A stretch of 64,000 nucleotides of DNA from Macrostomum hystrix. Its lineage: Eukaryota > Animalia > Platyhelminthes. The stretch's first letter is position 1; each line of letters starts with the position of its first letter. The stretch spans positions 11,284,001 through 11,348,000 of the forward strand of contig CATNEN010000039.1 of the NCBI GenBank assembly GCA_950097015.1, given 5' to 3'. Below the pieces are notes generated by a model that saw only the letters and a program-made list of their open reading frames with translations, was not told the DNA's origin and did no database searches. Made by a program: the position numbers and the translations under genes. Positions 59,131 through 64,000 of this stretch are shown here, one piece after another.

Positions 59131-59235
59131 AAGAAAAAAGTGAAGATTGCACCAGCCTTAATCAGAGTTGCTAAAAATGGCTCAAAGCATATTGGAAAAT
59201 CCCTCCGCCTGTCCCATACATGTCTTATCAGCAGC
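59131..59235 (-). promoter_or_regulatory. Conserved block upstream of the SL RNA (putative snRNA-type promoter), copy 1
   Basis: Lies 42-146 nt upstream of the SL start and is nearly identical to 61641-61750. Confidence 0.45.
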
Positions 59236-60950
59236 ATGTTACATGTCTTACATGTAAATGTCTTTTTCCATGTACATGTCTTTATAAACTGCCACTTAAC
59301 GTCCCATTAACTCAAGCTGCTATCTTCCAACAAAACAAACACAAGCGAACTATCTGAGAACTTTCAGACCCAAAAATGCGACTAACTAGTCCTTCGACAC
59401 TTCCACTTACGGACATGCCAACCCCGGCCCAGCCTCAACCTGGAGGAGAGAGGTGAGTTATTTTTGCTTCTACTCGGCCTCCCAAGGCCGGTTATTGAGG
59501 GGTTATCATGAGGTTAGTTGCATAATAATTAGCATAAACATTAATCAAGACCCTGGCACACCCAGCTTGTTTCTATCTATGATTGATGTCTACCCAGGCC
59601 CAGATGCCCCCGCCCCACTAAAGTTAGAGGAATCCTGTCAAAAGCCTTAATTAGAGTTAACTTGGATTTTAATTCTAGAAATTACATGTGCTGGCGGTCA
59701 TCGTTATTAAGTAGTACCCTATTCTCCCACCTAATTTCCAGAGATTACTCGTCGCAGCCGGCCCCGCGGCCAACCTCGATGCCAGTACCGTCGCAGCCCG
59801 TGCGAATTTCACTCGCTATTCGTAAGTTGGTGTGACCTAATATTTAAAGTTCCATTTATTTTAACCAACCATTTGACTGCGTGGGATTGTTCCCCCGAGC
59901 CATCATTTGAAATGCTTACCCGCGTGAAACCGCTATCCCTTTTCTCAGCCGTCCGATGATCCTTTGGGTAAAACTTGCAGAGGCCACGCATCACCATTTG
60001 AATTCTTTGCCGATGCCCCACCTCGAACTCACGACCGTAGCGACTTAACTTACTAGTTTCCACCAATGAACACACAACCTGTTTCCCCTTCCGCAGACAT
60101 AGAACTGCCTCCTGGACAGGAGAGTGCTCTGGGCGCCATACTACAGAATGCCCTGAGGGGCCCAGTCGGCCTGGCCATGGTGGCCGGCCTGACCACCGTA
60201 GCCGGCGTGATGCTGATGGTGGCCACACGACGCAGTTGATTTCCATGAGGACATTCGTGACTACCAGTTGCACCCTCCAAATTCTTTGTTTTTGTACAAA
60301 GCTAACCATGCTTCCACGAATAAAATGAGGGCCCAGACGGCTAACTGCATTTGACTAATGAGTAACTACTCGCTGGTTCCTTGTTCAAATCCTTTTACAA
60401 GTTATGTTGCTCAACCTTTACGGCCGCCTAGCAAAAAAAATAACAAGCCTAATTCTGACCGCTAATATGCCCTTACAGTACGTCTAGGCCTTCCAATTCA
60501 AGCAATCTATTACGAAATTCCTACTCAGGTGCTCACCAGCCAGACAAAGCAAGGAAAAAGCTACTCCCCTGATGTGATTTTTTTATTCCCAGAGGAAAAA
60601 GAAGCCCAAATCATTCGAAATCTGCGGTTCGTTGAAACAAACCGATTGTCTCCCATAGAACTTAACTAGGTAACCCTGTTGGCCTCTTGATTTATAACCA
60701 CCGACTCTAAACAAACATTGAAAACCCACATACATACCACCCGCTCACTTTGGCGGGTTGGTACCCCTCCTAAGATAGGAGCCAACATAAACTAAACTCC
60801 CGAAACCCACGCAAAAACGAGAGATAACAAAGTGCCATTCATCATGCGGTGCAAAAGAGGTCATAACTATTTTAAGAAAAAGAAGGTGCGAGCCTATCAT
60901 GCTGCAGTTATCGAAAAATTCTCCTGCGAAATTTTACAAAGGGAATTTCA

Positions 60951-61245
60951 ATGTAAATTGTAATAAAACCGACGCAATTTATTTAATTTAATAATGAGGC
61001 CCGGCTAGGCCAGGCCAGACCTGTGCTGTCTGTGGTTTTAGTTAATTGCATGGTAGAAAAGGCAAAAAAGACAACAGCATTTGGTATTCCCAGGCGGTCA
61101 CCCATCCAAGTACTAACCAAACCCAACGTTGCTTAACTTCGGTGATCGGACGAGAACCGGTGTTTTCAACGTGGTATGGCCGTTGCCACTGGCTGGAAGC
61201 GGCCAAACTGGCATATATTCTCAACAGTCGAGTATGGATCGACAA
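60951..61245. repeat. Duplicated 5S-containing unit (partner about 58505-58805)
   Basis: The flanks on both sides of the 5S gene (TGTAAATTGTAATAAAACCGACGC...; ...TCAACAGTCGAGTAT) are shared between the copies. Confidence 0.9.
61068..61187 (-). rRNA. 5S rRNA gene, copy 2
   Basis: Same sequence as copy 1, 2450 bp away, with a T6 terminator. Confidence 0.97.
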
Positions 61246-61284
61246 CGCATCGAACACACAGCTGCTATAGAGCTGCGCAATCCA

Positions 61285-61328
<44 letters not shown>
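61285..61328. repeat. (AATC)n microsatellite
   Basis: About 11 perfect units. Confidence 0.95.
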
Positions 61329-61329
<1 letters not shown>

Positions 61330-61640
61330 ACCAGTCTGTAAGACACAAAATAAAATCAACCTGATGAAAACGAAAAATTCGCCAGTTAATTTTGTAATTA
61401 GTGCAATTGCTGTCTTATTTTATTGGTGTTGCCAAAGTGACATTTTTAATGCTATGTTCAGAAATAGTTTCGATAACTTGGTACTGATTATCAGTTAAAT
61501 TACTTCTCATCAACATCAGGATGGCCATTACGCAGTTATTTTGTGTTTAAAGTAGATTTTAATTAATTTACATGCTATTTTTCATACGCTCACTGTCTAC
61601 TAATAGTAGCAAAATTTGAACATTCCGTCCAAAAGCTGGT

Positions 61641-61750
61641 AAGAAAAAAGTGAAGATTGCACCAGCCTTAACCAGTGTTGCTAAAAATGGCTCAAAGCAT
61701 ATTGGGAAATCCCTCCGCCTGTCCCATACAATTGCTGTCTTATCAGCAGC
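61641..61750 (-). repeat. Second copy of the SL-upstream block
   Basis: 3 mismatches over the first 90 nt plus a 5-nt indel relative to 59131-59235. Confidence 0.85.
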
Positions 61751-61991
61751 GCGCGAAAGCGTTGCGATTGTTAATCTTTTTGTTGATAAATTGTAAAATA
61801 ACTTAAAGAAACACAGTCTGACTATGATTAGCTCTACCCTCAGCTTCTGTGTTGACCAAATATGGAAATCCTTCTGCAACAGCTGGGAAGAACAGCACAG
61901 TGCATGGACTCCGATGAGCAGCATGAACTTCCTAATTTGGTGCTCATGGCGTGCCGCCTGAGAACTGAAAATTCCATATATGGAATGCTGA

Positions 61992-63321
<1,330 letters not shown>

Positions 63322-64000
63322 ACTTAATTCCTGTGATAAATTTAACTGAATCATTGTCAAAACTAGATGGGAGATGTTCCTGCTTCTCTTGATGGCCCTT
63401 TTATTGTTAATTATCATCGCGAAATGCTCATATTTAAATAAATAAGTCATTTAAAGACATTCCTGAAACTCTAAAAAATCAACGTGCACTGTTCACTCAA
63501 AAGCTGCCTGTTTAAGAAGTATGAAGTTTAAAGAATGAGATCATAGAGCGCGGGAATTGTACTTTAGGCGCAACCCGCAATTAGTTAAACAAAAATAGTC
63601 GTCCGTATTTTTCAGCTCTTTCAAATTTTAATATTTTGAATAGAAATAGAAATGTAAAAAAATCTGAAAAAATCTAGATTATAAAAGGCGTCTTAAAAGA
63701 ATGGCAAATATTCAGCTTGCACTTTAGTGTCTGGCGCGCCGCCATGAACTGTGAGGTGGCCTTTATATTACATTTTATGTCAGAAGAGCTTAACCAGAGT
63801 GTATAATTATTTTGTTTTAATTGATTGCGGACTCGTACGTAGTTGGCTGCTCAGTGTTCCATTGCACCGGCCGCTTATCTCACGCTTCTCATCGGGCCGC
63901 GCAGTCCAGCCTCTGCCAACCAAACCCTCCGTCGTCTAGTCTCTGAGGCCCAGTCTCTTGTAATTAGACATGTATTAGCTTCAACCGGTAACAATGGAAT

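Noticed and set aside
59236-60950. Spacer between the 5S units as an LTR (TGAA...TTCA) with PBS-like TGGTGGAAAC, or a tRNA-like GTTCGA near 60025, plus a 166-aa ORF
   Set aside because: No TSD, second LTR or recognisable protein motif; too weak to call without a repeat search.

Overview
Eukaryotic, intron-containing genomic DNA from a metazoan, most likely a Macrostomum-type flatworm, judged from a spliced-leader (SL) RNA gene whose leader ends in AUG and closely resembles the Macrostomum leader as I recall it. Gene models were built by hand from splice sites and phase checks. They are two calmodulin-like EF-hand genes (-), an SSUH2-like zinc-finger gene (+), two giant tandem ankyrin-repeat paralogues (+; the first ends in a catalytically dead pseudokinase), two small unknown genes (-), a Fer/Fes-family F-BAR-SH2-tyrosine kinase (+), a protein of tandem degenerate LRAT/NlpC-P60-like domains (-), and a divergent actin (+). 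Non-coding features are two identical 5S rRNA genes in a duplicated unit with a complete SL RNA gene 236 bp upstream of the first, an internally deleted LTR element with TSD and PBS, three tRNA-derived SINE families, another dispersed repeat, and more than a dozen distinct minisatellites, many filling introns. The most notable signals are the 5S-linked SL RNA, its upstream block repeated in a second unit that has no SL, the ankyrin-pseudokinase pair, the pseudo-LRAT array, and an intronic minisatellite made of copies of a splice donor. All calls come from reading the sequence only; no database searches were run.
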